DNA of 64,000 nucleotides from Candidatus Eiseniibacteriota bacterium. GTDB lineage: Bacteria > Eisenbacteria > RBG-16-71-46. How positions within the stretch are numbered: the stretch's first letter is position 1; each line of letters opens with the position of its first letter. Shown one piece after another: positions 52,059 through 61,203 of the stretch. Below the pieces are notes generated by a model. It saw only the letters and a program-made list of their open reading frames with translations. It was not told the DNA's origin and did not search any database. Position numbers and translations under genes: made by a program. Location: assembly GCA_963717935.1 (NCBI GenBank), contig CAVQXP010000004.1, positions 1,120,001 through 1,184,000 of the forward strand, written 5' to 3'.

Positions 52059-53359
52059 AACCGAGCCCGCCCCCGCCGCGGCCGCGGTTCCGCCGCACCG
52101 GTGCGCAGATCCTGCGCACGGCGGTGCTCCTGGGGAGCGTGCTGCTCGTGGTCTCGGTCTTCCTCTTCACCCACCAGACCATCCGGCGCCTGTCCGCGGA
52201 GGTCACGACCACCTCGCGGGTGCTGGCCCGCTTCCTCGCGCTCGCGACGTTCCCGGCCACGCATGACCCGGAGCTGCAGCGCATCACGCGCGAGGTCGTG
52301 AGCAGCCTCGATTTCCCCATCATCATCACGGACCCACAGGGCTTCCCGCGCGCCTGGCGCAAGACGGCGGTGCCGCCGGGGCTGGTGCCCGCCACCAGCG
52401 TCGACAGCCTGAGCGTGGGCCAGCCGGTCTCGCCGGTGATCCGCGCGCGCATCGAGCGCCTGCAGGCCGAGGTGGCGCGGCTCGACCGCCAGAACCCGCC
52501 GTTGCCGATGAAGCAGCCCGGCACGGGCGTGACGCTGGGTGCGGTGCACTACGGCGAGCCCGTCGTGCTGGACCTGCTGCGCTGGATGCCCTACGTCACC
52601 GTGGGCGGCGTGCTGCTGCTGCTCTCGCTCGGGCTCTGGGCGCTCGCCGGTCTGCGCATGGCCGAGAAGCGCACGATCTGGGTGGGCATGGCGCGCGAGA
52701 CGGCCCACCAGCTGGGCACGCCGCTCTCCTCGCTGATGGGCTGGGTGGAGCTCCTGCGCGCGCACGCCGAGGCCGCGCCGCCGGGCGCGGTGGTGCCCGT
52801 GGCGCGGGCCGAGCTGGAGGAGACGCTCACCGAGATGGAGCGCGACGTCGACCGGCTCAACAAGGTGGCGCAGCGCTTCAGCCACGTGGGTTCGGCGCCG
52901 CACCTGCAGCTGCAGGAGGTCGCGCCGGTGGTGCGCGAGGCGGTGCAGTACGTGCGCCGGCGCCTGCCCCACGACGAGGATCGGGTGGTGCTGCGCGAGC
53001 GCTACGAGGACGTGCCGCCCATCAACCTCAACCGCGAGCTGATCGAGTGGGCGCTCGAGAACCTGCTGCTGAACGCGATCTCTGCGCTGGACAAGACGCA
53101 TGGCGTGATCGAGGTCAAGATCGAACGCCGCAAGGAGAACGAGGCGGTCGAGATCGTGGTGCAGGACGACGGGCGCGGCATGACGCCGGCCGAGCAGGGC
53201 CGGGCCTTCGAGCCGGGCTACAGCACCAAGCACCGGGGTTGGGGCCTGGGGCTCGCGCTCGCGCGCCGCGTGGTGCAGGAATACCACGGCGGGAAGCTCT
53301 TCATCCGTCACAGCGCCCCGGGCCAGGGCACCACGATGGTGATGAGCTTCCCGACGTAG
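52055..53359 (+). CDS. porY: Sensor histidine kinase, PorY-like
   Basis: Two TMs, WVGMARETAHQLGTPLSSLMGW H-box, DDGRG, FEPGYSTK.RGWGLGL; GTG overlaps serS stop. Confidence 0.8.
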   Translation: MKPSPPPPRPRFRRTGAQILRTAVLLGSVLLVVSVFLFTHQTIRRLSAEVTTTSRVLARFLALATFPATHDPELQRITREVVSSLDFPIIITDPQGFPRAWRKTAVPPGLVPATSVDSLSVGQPVSPVIRARIERLQAEVARLDRQNPPLPMKQPGTGVTLGAVHYGEPVVLDLLRWMPYVTVGGVLLLLSLGLWALAGLRMAEKRTIWVGMARETAHQLGTPLSSLMGWVELLRAHAEAAPPGAVVPVARAELEETLTEMERDVDRLNKVAQRFSHVGSAPHLQLQEVAPVVREAVQYVRRRLPHDEDRVVLRERYEDVPPINLNRELIEWALENLLLNAISALDKTHGVIEVKIERRKENEAVEIVVQDDGRGMTPAEQGRAFEPGYSTKHRGWGLGLALARRVVQEYHGGKLFIRHSAPGQGTTMVMSFPT

Positions 53360-53366
53360 CTTCGGG

Positions 53367-54236
53367 CTAGAGTCCCTCCAGCCGGATCGAGCCGTCGCCG
53401 CAGCGCATCTCGAGCAGCGGGCCGCCGCCGTTCATGCGCCCCCGCAGCGTGTGCCGCCCGAATCGCCCCGAGGTCTCGACGGGCAGGCCCACCCACAGGC
53501 CGCCGTCTCCGGCATGCAGATCGAGGTCCGCGCGCAGCGTGGAGGGCACGCGGAGCGACATGTTGCCGTCGCCGCTGCGCAGGCTCCAGGCGGAGGCGAG
53601 GCGCGAGCCGTCGAGCGCGGTCGCCTCCACGCGTCCGTCGCTGGTGCTCACCTCGAGTTGGTCGAAGCGTCCCTCGAGCCGGAGGCCGCCGTCCCCGCTG
53701 TGGGCCTCGAGCGCCCCGTCGAGACCGGTGGCCCGGATGTGTCCGTCGCCGGTGCTGAGCGAGAGCCGGCCGCACAGGCCGTCGGCCTGGATGGCCCCGT
53801 CGCCGGAGTGGGCGCGGATCTCTCCCGAGAGCGGTGCGATCGTGATGGCCCCGTCGCCGGTCGAGACGTCGAGGTCGGCGTCGCGTGGCAGGCTGACGTC
53901 CACGCGGGTCGTGCGGGCCCCGAATCCGAAGTGGACGATGCGGCGCGGCTCGCGGACCTCGCACAGGACGCGGTCGCCGCTCTGCGAGGCGTCGACCGAG
54001 ACGCCTCGCGAGCCGATGGACCAGCCCCGCGTGGTGACGCGGATGCCCACGGCCGGGCGGTCCCAGGTCGCGACGTGGACGCTGGCGTCATCGGCCCGCA
54101 GGACGAGTGCGGGGCGCCCGGTGGTCGGGTAGGTCTTCTCCCACCGCGTGACGGCTGCGGGTCCCGCAAGGGCGGGGCTCCAGGCGGTGGCCAGGGCGAG
54201 GACGAGGACGGCGGCGGCAAGGCGAGGCATGGGCAT
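53367..54236 (-). CDS. DUF4097 beta-strand repeat (putative adhesin) protein
   Basis: Signal peptide and repeated S/T-GDG-x-I/L units. Confidence 0.82.
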   Translation of the reverse strand: MPMPRLAAAVLVLALATAWSPALAGPAAVTRWEKTYPTTGRPALVLRADDASVHVATWDRPAVGIRVTTRGWSIGSRGVSVDASQSGDRVLCEVREPRRIVHFGFGARTTRVDVSLPRDADLDVSTGDGAITIAPLSGEIRAHSGDGAIQADGLCGRLSLSTGDGHIRATGLDGALEAHSGDGGLRLEGRFDQLEVSTSDGRVEATALDGSRLASAWSLRSGDGNMSLRVPSTLRADLDLHAGDGGLWVGLPVETSGRFGRHTLRGRMNGGGPLLEMRCGDGSIRLEGL

Positions 54237-54260
54237 TCCCTCCAGGGTGACGATCCCTAC

Positions 54261-54287
54261 TACGGAGGGAGACGGGGGTGGGTTGCA
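54261..54287 (-). promoter_or_regulatory. ECF-sigma-type promoter for the DUF4097 gene
   Basis: TGCAAC-17nt-CGTA on the minus strand, same spacing as the two at 33.2-33.4 kb. Confidence 0.68.
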
Positions 54288-54297
54288 GGAACCGGGG

Positions 54298-55350
54298 CTA
54301 CCGCCCCGCCACCCCGTACGCCATCGGTCGGTTGGCGGCCACGCCCCAGCCGGTGCGATCCACCGCGATGAGCCCCACGTCCCAGCGCTCCGGGAACATG
54401 GCCACGGCTTCCTGGACCGCCTGCTTCGCGGGCACGCCCGCAGCCAGCCGCTCGTAGACCGAGCGCGCCAGGAAACGCCGGATGATCTGCTCGCCCTCGC
54501 CGGTGCAGGCCACCGCGCCGGCCGGGCCGGCGCAGAGCCCGGCGCCGTAGACCGGCACGTCGCCCACGCGGCCGCAGAGCGTCACCGAGGTGCCGCCGGT
54601 GGAGAGCGCGGCGGCGAAGTGCCCGTCCGCGTCGCGCGTGACCGAGCCCACGGTGTCGCCGTGCCTGCCCCACTCGAGCACGTCGGCGGGCATCGCGCCG
54701 GGGAAGTTCCAGTAGCGCCGCCAGTCGAAGACCGTGGTGTCGCGGCGGGTGAACAACTCGGCCTGGCGCCTCATGCGGGCGCGGTACTTGGCCTCGGCCT
54801 GCGGGCTCACGGGCACGATGTCGGCGAAGCCGATCCGGTGGGCGAAGCGGGTCGCGCCCTCGCCCACGAGGAACAGGTGGGGAGTGGAGTCCATGACCGC
54901 GCGCGCCACCCGCACCGGGTTCTTCACGCGCTCGATCGCTCCGACCGCGGCGAAGCGGCCCTCGTCGGTCATGACCGCGGCGTCCATCTGGAGGGTGTGC
55001 CCGTCCAGCCGGATGTTGGCACCGGTGCCGGCATTGAAGCGCGGATCGTCCTCGAGCCACACGGTGCCCGCGACCGCAGCGTCGAGCGCGGAGCCGCGCG
55101 CGACCAGCACGGCGAGCGCCGTGTCGGCCGCGGCGCGCACGCCGTCCGCGTACTCGGGCCCCGAGCCGGCCCCGCCGTGCGTGACCACGAGCGCTCCGCC
55201 ACCGGTGCCGCCGGCGAGCGTGGGCAGGGGCGCGGGGGCCAGCAGGACGACGGGGGCGGGGTCGCGGGTCTGGGCGCTGGCGGAAGCGCCGGCGGGGAGC
55301 AGCGCAAGGATCAGCAGGCCGGTGCGGGTGGATCGGCTGGGTCTCATCAC
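54298..55350 (-). CDS. Isoaspartyl peptidase/L-asparaginase (Ntn hydrolase) with signal-peptide-like N-terminus
   Basis: HGGAG, LEDDPRFNAG, MDAAVM, GDTVG nucleophile Thr, STGG, GRVGD, TGEGE. Confidence 0.9.
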   Translation of the reverse strand: MMRPSRSTRTGLLILALLPAGASASAQTRDPAPVVLLAPAPLPTLAGGTGGGALVVTHGGAGSGPEYADGVRAAADTALAVLVARGSALDAAVAGTVWLEDDPRFNAGTGANIRLDGHTLQMDAAVMTDEGRFAAVGAIERVKNPVRVARAVMDSTPHLFLVGEGATRFAHRIGFADIVPVSPQAEAKYRARMRRQAELFTRRDTTVFDWRRYWNFPGAMPADVLEWGRHGDTVGSVTRDADGHFAAALSTGGTSVTLCGRVGDVPVYGAGLCAGPAGAVACTGEGEQIIRRFLARSVYERLAAGVPAKQAVQEAVAMFPERWDVGLIAVDRTGWGVAANRPMAYGVAGR

Positions 55351-55442
55351 TCTTCCTCCTGGTGCCGGACCTGGCGTGGACGGTGGCCCGCGCCACGTTA
55401 GGACGTTGTCAGCGCCGGGGTCAACGGCCGCGTCGGCCCGCG

Positions 55443-55471
55443 TTGGCGCTCCGGCGCCCCGGCGCTATGAT
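55443..55471 (+). promoter_or_regulatory. Sigma70-type promoter for the porX-tsaE-tsaB-accD-folC-lptD run
   Basis: TTGGCG-17nt-TATGAT. Confidence 0.6.
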
Positions 55472-55558
55472 GCCGCTGTTCCCCGCACCCGACACGCGCC
55501 CTGCGGTGTATGCAGCATGGGGTGCCCCGCCCCCCCCAGGCCCGAGATGGACGACCGC

Positions 55559-57127
55559 ATGGAAGAGCCCCGCAAACGCATCCTCTGGGCCGACGACGAG
55601 ATCGACCTGCTGCGGCCCCACGTCAAGTTCCTCGAGCAGAAGGGCTTCGCGGTGACGGCGGTGCCCAACGGTGAGGACGCGCTCGCCGAGCTCGAGCGCG
55701 CCCACTACGACCTGGTGCTGCTCGACGAGATGATGCCCGGGCTCGGGGGGCTGGACACCCTCGGGCAGATCAAGGCGCGCAGCCTCGACGTGCCGGTCGT
55801 GCTCGTCACCAAGAGCGAGGAGGAGTCGCTCATGAACGAGGCGCTGGGGCAGCACATCACCGACTACCTCATCAAGCCGGTCAACGCCTCGCAGGTCTTC
55901 CTGGCGTGCAAGCGGGTCTTCGACGCGCAGAGCCTGCAGGACACCCAGCGCGCGCGCGACTACGTGGGCGAGATGCAGCGCTGGCAGGGGCTCGACCTGC
56001 GCCGCCTCGACTGGCCGGGCTGGGTGGACCTGGCGCAGGACGTGGCGCGCTGGGACGTGCGCTTCGACGGCGTGGCCGACGCCGGGCTGCGGCAGGCGCA
56101 CGCCGACTTCCGGCGCAGCCTCAACATCGACTTCGGGCGCTACGTCGAGGAGAACTACCCGCACTGGGTGCGCGACGCCGCGGACCGCCCGCCGCTCTCG
56201 ACCGACGTGGTGGCGCGCGCGCTCGTGCCGCACCTGCAGGCCGGGCGGCGCGTGTTCTTCGTCATCATCGACTGCATGCGTCTGGACCAGTGGTTCTCGC
56301 TCGAGCCGCTGCTCGAGGAGCTGTTCACGGTCCAGCGCGACTACTACTGCTCGATCCTGCCGACCGCCACGCCCTACTCGCGCAACGCCATCTTCTCGGG
56401 CCTGCTGCCGGCGCAGCTCAAGCAACAGCACCCCGACCTGTGGCAGGAGGGCACCGACGACGAGCGCACCAAGAACCGCTTCGAGCGCCAGTTGCTCGAG
56501 GCGCAACTGGCGCGCCTGACACCGGGCCAGGAGAAGCCGGTCAAGTACATCAAGATCTACGACCAGAACGAGGCCCTGGCCACGCGCCGGCAGATCAACT
56601 CGTTCAGCGGGCTGCCGCTGGTGAGCATGGTGTTCAACTTCCTCGACATCCTGGCGCATGGCCGCTCGGAGAGCGACATCCTGCAGGAGTTGGCGCCCGA
56701 TGAGGCCGCCTTCCGCGCGGTCACGAAGGCGTGGTTCGTGCACAGCCCGCTCTACGACATCTTCCGCGCTCTCTCCACCCAGGACGTCACCGTGGTGTTG
56801 ACCACCGACCACGGCGCGGTGCTCGGGCGGCGGGCGGCGCTGGTCTATGGCAACCGCGACACCTCGACCAACCTGCGTTACAAGTTCGGGATCAACCTGA
56901 ACTGCGACGCGAAGCAGGCGGTCATCATCCGCCGGCCGATGGACTACATGCTCCCCGACGAGGGCGTGAACAAGAACTACGTGCTGGCGCGCGAGGACTT
57001 CTACTTCGTGTACCCGACGCGCTTCCACGAGTTCGAGCGCCAGTACCGCGGGTCGTTCCAGCACGGCGGCATCTCGGTCGAGGAGATGATCCTGCCGCTG
57101 CTGACGCTGACCCCCCGCACGCCGTGA
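55559..57127 (+). CDS. porX: Response regulator with C-terminal PglZ/alkaline-phosphatase-superfamily domain, PorX-like
   Basis: ILWADDEIDLL, LLDEMMPG, TKSEEE, YLIKPVN; IDCMR, ILPTAT..SRNAIFSG, NFLDILAH, TTDHG, FQHGGIS. Confidence 0.88.
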   Translation: MEEPRKRILWADDEIDLLRPHVKFLEQKGFAVTAVPNGEDALAELERAHYDLVLLDEMMPGLGGLDTLGQIKARSLDVPVVLVTKSEEESLMNEALGQHITDYLIKPVNASQVFLACKRVFDAQSLQDTQRARDYVGEMQRWQGLDLRRLDWPGWVDLAQDVARWDVRFDGVADAGLRQAHADFRRSLNIDFGRYVEENYPHWVRDAADRPPLSTDVVARALVPHLQAGRRVFFVIIDCMRLDQWFSLEPLLEELFTVQRDYYCSILPTATPYSRNAIFSGLLPAQLKQQHPDLWQEGTDDERTKNRFERQLLEAQLARLTPGQEKPVKYIKIYDQNEALATRRQINSFSGLPLVSMVFNFLDILAHGRSESDILQELAPDEAAFRAVTKAWFVHSPLYDIFRALSTQDVTVVLTTDHGAVLGRRAALVYGNRDTSTNLRYKFGINLNCDAKQAVIIRRPMDYMLPDEGVNKNYVLAREDFYFVYPTRFHEFERQYRGSFQHGGISVEEMILPLLTLTPRTP

Positions 57128-57657
57128 CGGGATCGCTCGGGCGCGATCGGCCGGCGCCCGGCGCGGAGCCGGCCGGGTTCCCCGCCGGGCGCCGGCGGGT
57201 CACGGCCGCGGTCGAGGAGACCGAGCGGCTCGGCGAGACGCTCGCCGCGGGGCTCGTGGCGGGTGACGTGCTGGTGCTCACCGGGCCGCTCGGCTCGGGC
57301 AAGACGCGCTTCGTGGCCGGCCTGGCCCGTGGCCTCGGCGCCAGGTCGCGCGTGCGCAGTCCGTCCTTCACGCTGCTGAACGAGTACCGTGGCGCGTTCA
57401 TGCTCCACCATCTGGACCTCTACCGGCTCGAAGGGCCGGACGTGGATGGGTTGGGGCTCGAGGAGCTGGTGGACGAGGGTGCTCTCGTGGTGGAGTGGGG
57501 CGAGAAGCTGCCGGCCTGGCTGCGCGAAGAGGCCCTGACGCTGGTCTTCGAGGTGCTTTCCGAGCACGAGCGGGCAGTCACCGCGAGCGCGGCGGGCGAG
57601 CGCGGCGGCGAATTGCTCGCGGTCTGGGAGCTGATGCCGGCCGGGGAGGCGCGGTGA
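57124..57657 (+). CDS. tsaE: tRNA threonylcarbamoyladenosine biosynthesis ATPase
   Basis: GPLGSGKT, SPSFTL, HLDLYRL, VVEW. Confidence 0.93.
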   Translation: MTGSLGRDRPAPGAEPAGFPAGRRRVTAAVEETERLGETLAAGLVAGDVLVLTGPLGSGKTRFVAGLARGLGARSRVRSPSFTLLNEYRGAFMLHHLDLYRLEGPDVDGLGLEELVDEGALVVEWGEKLPAWLREEALTLVFEVLSEHERAVTASAAGERGGELLAVWELMPAGEAR

Positions 57658-58955
57658 GCGCGGCCCCGGCGGGACACGTCTCCGCGAAGCCCGGGCTCGT
57701 CATCGAGTCGGCGACCGCTCACGTCGAGGTGCTGGTGTGCGCGCCCGACGGTGCGGCGCTGGCGCACGAGGCCGAGGACGTGGGCCACGGCCACACGCGG
57801 CGGCTCACACCGCTCGTGACGCGGGCGCTCGCCCGGGCGCAGGTCGAGCCCCGCACGCTGGGCTGGATCGCCGCCGACCTGGGACCAGGCTCCTTCACCG
57901 GGGTGCGCGTGGGGCTCGCGACCGCCGAGGCCTTCGCGCTGGCCGCGGATGCGCCGTTGCTGGGCGCCTCCTCGCTGGCCGCGCTGGCGCTGTCGTCCGG
58001 GGCCGGCCGCGCACTGGTCGTGCCGCTGGTTCCCGGCGGGCGGCACGACCTCTACGCCGGCTTCTTCCGCGCCGACCTGCGTGGCCGCGTCACGTTGCTG
58101 GCCGCGCCGCGCGTGGCGGCCCTGCCCGCGCTGCTCGAGATGGTGACCGAGGCGCGTGCCCTGCTGCCGCGCGGCTCGGACCTGCGCTTCACGGGCCCCG
58201 GGGCCGCGCGCGAGCGCGAGGCGCTGGAGCGCTTCGCCCCCGGGAGCACCGGGCCGGCCGGGGACCTGGCGGGGCTCTCGGCCACGGATCTGGCGGCGGC
58301 CGTGCGCTCGGGCTTCGGGCCCGCAGCCGGGCTGCCCGCGCCGGGGGAGGAGCCGCGACCGCTCTACGTGCGCTCGGCGCAGGCCGAGGAGCGCGTCCGC
58401 CATGCGGCGCTCGCCGGCCGGCCCATCCGCATCCGCGACTTCACGGAGCCGGACCTGCCGGCCGTGGCCGCGGTCGAGCGGCGTGTCTTCAGCGATGCCT
58501 GGCCGGAGTCGTTCTTCCGCGAGGAACTCTCGCAGGCCATGGCCTGGGCGCGCGTCGCCGAGGCCGACGGTGCGCTCGCCGGCTACCTGCTGGCCTGGGT
58601 GGGGGCCGGCGCCGGTCACGTCGGCAACCTGGCGGTGGTCCCGGAGGCGCGCCGGCGCGGCGTGGCACGCGCGCTGCTCGAGGACCTGCTGGAGCGCGCC
58701 GGCGCGGCCGGTGCCGTGAGCCTCACGCTCGAAGTGCGGGTCTCGAACTTCGCGGCCCAGGCGCTCTACCGGGCCTTCGGATTCCGGCTGGCGGGTCTGC
58801 GCCGCGGGTATTATCGTGACACGGGCGAAGATGCGCTCATCATGGCGTGGACGGCTGCGGATGCCGGTGTGGCGTCCGCGGCGTCCGGCCGCGGTGGACC
58901 CGCGCGGGACGCGGGCGCGCCGGCCGGCAGACCCATCACCTCAACCCCCGGGTGA
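57654..58955 (+). CDS. tsaB: TsaB-RimI fusion (t6A biosynthesis TsaB + ribosomal-protein acetyltransferase)
   Basis: GPGSFTGVRVG and P.YVR..AE of TsaB followed in frame by GNAT (NLAV..RRRGVA, TLEVRVSN, YY..GEDALIM). Confidence 0.85.
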   Translation: MSAAPAGHVSAKPGLVIESATAHVEVLVCAPDGAALAHEAEDVGHGHTRRLTPLVTRALARAQVEPRTLGWIAADLGPGSFTGVRVGLATAEAFALAADAPLLGASSLAALALSSGAGRALVVPLVPGGRHDLYAGFFRADLRGRVTLLAAPRVAALPALLEMVTEARALLPRGSDLRFTGPGAAREREALERFAPGSTGPAGDLAGLSATDLAAAVRSGFGPAAGLPAPGEEPRPLYVRSAQAEERVRHAALAGRPIRIRDFTEPDLPAVAAVERRVFSDAWPESFFREELSQAMAWARVAEADGALAGYLLAWVGAGAGHVGNLAVVPEARRRGVARALLEDLLERAGAAGAVSLTLEVRVSNFAAQALYRAFGFRLAGLRRGYYRDTGEDALIMAWTAADAGVASAASGRGGPARDAGAPAGRPITSTPG

Positions 58956-58957
58956 CC

Positions 58958-59911
58958 ATGTCCTGGCTCAAGAAGGAACGCACCCGCGTCATGACGCGGA
59001 AGAAAGAGGAACGCAGCGAGGTCCCCGAAGGCCTGTGGACCAAGTGCGAGGAGTGCGGCGAGGCGCTCTTCCAGAGCGTGCTGGAGGAGAACCTCTGGAC
59101 CTGCCCGCACTGCGACCACCACTTCCGGGTGCCGGCGAAGGTCTACCTCGGCTTCCTCGCGGACCCGGGCTCCTTCGAAGAGCGCTTCGCGAACCTGGTG
59201 GCCGGCGACCCGCTCGAGTTCCGCGACGCCAAGCTGTGCTACCCCGATCGCATCAAGCACGCCCAGAAGGAGACGGGTCTGAAGGACGCGGCGCTCACCG
59301 GTGTGGCGACCGTGGGCGGCAAGCCCGTGAGCCTGACGCTCATGGACTTCTTCTTCATGGGCGGCAGCATGGGCTCGGTCGTGGGCGAGAAGGTGGCGCG
59401 TTCGATCGAGCTGGCGCTGGCCGAGCGCCGGGCGCTGATCCTGGTGTCGTCCACCGGCGGGGCGCGCATGCAGGAGGGCATCCTCTCGCTGATGCAGATG
59501 GCCAAGACCTCGGCCCTGCTGGCGCGGCTGCAGGACGAGCACCTGCCGTTCCTCTCGATCCTGACCGACCCGTCCACCGCGGGCGTGCTCGCCTCTTACG
59601 CCTCGCTGGGGGACGTGATCCTCGCCGAGCGCAAGGCGCTGGTGGGCTTCGCCGGCGCCCGGGTCATCCGCCAGACCATCGGCGAGGAGCTCCCCGAAGG
59701 CTTCCAGCGGGCCGAGTTCGTGCGCGAGAAGGGCTTCGTGGACCGGGTCGTCCATCGCAAGCAGATGCGCGACGAGGTCTCGACGCTGCTCGAGTTCTTC
59801 TGGCGCTCGACGGCGGGCTTCGCGGCGGAGGGCAGGCCCTCGCCGCACCCCGGCGCACCCCGGCCCACCGGTCTTCCGGCCCGGACGGAGGAACCGCCAC
59901 GCCCGAAGTGA
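58958..59911 (+). CDS. accD: Acetyl-CoA carboxylase carboxyltransferase beta subunit
   Basis: LWTKCEEC..CPHC Zn finger, FMGGSMG, GGARMQEG, GFAGARVI. Confidence 0.95.
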   Translation: MSWLKKERTRVMTRKKEERSEVPEGLWTKCEECGEALFQSVLEENLWTCPHCDHHFRVPAKVYLGFLADPGSFEERFANLVAGDPLEFRDAKLCYPDRIKHAQKETGLKDAALTGVATVGGKPVSLTLMDFFFMGGSMGSVVGEKVARSIELALAERRALILVSSTGGARMQEGILSLMQMAKTSALLARLQDEHLPFLSILTDPSTAGVLASYASLGDVILAERKALVGFAGARVIRQTIGEELPEGFQRAEFVREKGFVDRVVHRKQMRDEVSTLLEFFWRSTAGFAAEGRPSPHPGAPRPTGLPARTEEPPRPK

Positions 59912-61203
59912 GCCTCCAGCAGTCGCTCGAAGCGCTGTACGGACTGGAGCGCCGGCGCGACAAGCTCGGCCTCGAGGGCACGCGTGCGCTGCTCGGCGCC
60001 CTGGGCGATCCCCACGCCGAGTGGGCCTCGGTGCACGTGGCGGGCACGAACGGCAAGGGCTCGGTGTGCGCGCTGGTGGAGCGCGTGCTGCGCGAGGCCG
60101 GGATCTGCACCGGGCTCTTCACCTCGCCACACCTGGTGGACTTCCGCGAGCGCATCCGCGTGGCCGGCCAGTGGGCCGACGAGAAGCGGCTGGCGCGGCG
60201 CCTCGCGCTGGTCTCGCGCCTGCCCGAGGGCAAGGGCCGCACCTTCTTCGAGGTCTGCACGGCGCTGGCCTTCGACGACTTCGCCGCCCGCGAGGTCGAA
60301 TGGGCGGTGGTCGAGGTGGGCCTGGGCGGGCGGCTCGACTCGACCAACGTGGTCGAGTCCACGCTCTCGGTCATCACCTCGATCGGGGTGGACCACGCGG
60401 ATCTGCTGGGCCGCACCCCCCGGCAGATCGCCGCCGAGAAGGCCGGGATCATCAAGCCCGAGGTCCCGGTGGTGAGCGGGGTCGCTCCCGGCGAGGCCGC
60501 GGAGGTGATCGCGCGGACGGCGGACCAGCGGGACGCGCCGCTCGTGCTGGCGGCCGAGCGGGTCAAGACGGCCTGGCTCGGCGACGGGCCGGACGGCCTG
60601 CGCTGCACCGCCGAGGTCGCGCCCTGGGGGCGGCTCGAACTGGCCTGCCCGCTCCACGGCCGCCACCAGCTCGAGAATGCGCGCACCGCGCTGGCGGCGC
60701 TCTCGATGCTGACCGAGAGCGGCGTGGAGATCGAGTCCGAGGCGGTGGTGGAGGGCTTCGCCCGGGCGCGCTGGCCGGGACGGCTCGAGGCCTGTCCTGA
60801 CGAGCCGCGGCTGTGGTGGGACGGGGCCCACAATCCCGATGGCTTCGCCGCGCTCGCCGGCGCCTGGCGCGAGGATCTCGGGTTCGAGCCGCCGGGGGCG
60901 GTCGTGCTGGCGCTCGCGCAGGACAAGGACGTGGAGGCCATCGCGCGGCGGCTCGGCCCGTGGGTCGCGCCGGCGCGTGTCATCGCCACGCAGTCGCGCA
61001 ATCCGCGCGCGCTGCCCGCCGGCGAGTTGCGCGCGCGCCTGGGCGCGGAGGGCCTCGACGCGCGGGAGGCGCCGGGTGTGGCGGAGGCGGTCGGGACGGC
61101 GCTCGCGGGGGCGCCCGGCGGGCGCGTGCTGTTGTGCGGCTCGCTCGTCGCCGTGGCCGAGGCGATGGAGGCCTTCGGCGGCGCGCCGGGAGAGTGGCTG
61201 TGA
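59908..61203 (+). CDS. folC: Folylpolyglutamate synthase/dihydrofolate synthase
   Basis: HVAGTNGKGS, TSPHL, EVGLGGRLDSTN, EKAGI, WPGRLE, DGAHN. Confidence 0.95.
   Translation: MSLQQSLEALYGLERRRDKLGLEGTRALLGALGDPHAEWASVHVAGTNGKGSVCALVERVLREAGICTGLFTSPHLVDFRERIRVAGQWADEKRLARRLALVSRLPEGKGRTFFEVCTALAFDDFAAREVEWAVVEVGLGGRLDSTNVVESTLSVITSIGVDHADLLGRTPRQIAAEKAGIIKPEVPVVSGVAPGEAAEVIARTADQRDAPLVLAAERVKTAWLGDGPDGLRCTAEVAPWGRLELACPLHGRHQLENARTALAALSMLTESGVEIESEAVVEGFARARWPGRLEACPDEPRLWWDGAHNPDGFAALAGAWREDLGFEPPGAVVLALAQDKDVEAIARRLGPWVAPARVIATQSRNPRALPAGELRARLGAEGLDAREAPGVAEAVGTALAGAPGGRVLLCGSLVAVAEAMEAFGGAPGEWL

Noticed and set aside
55559..57127. PglZ domain as part of a BREX/Pgl phage-defence system
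   Set aside because: Fused to a receiver domain, next to tsaE, with no brx/pgl genes nearby; this is the PorX architecture
58816..59907. Apparent N-terminal fusion onto FolC (795-aa ORF)
   Set aside because: Out-of-frame overlap with accD; folC starts at GTG 59908
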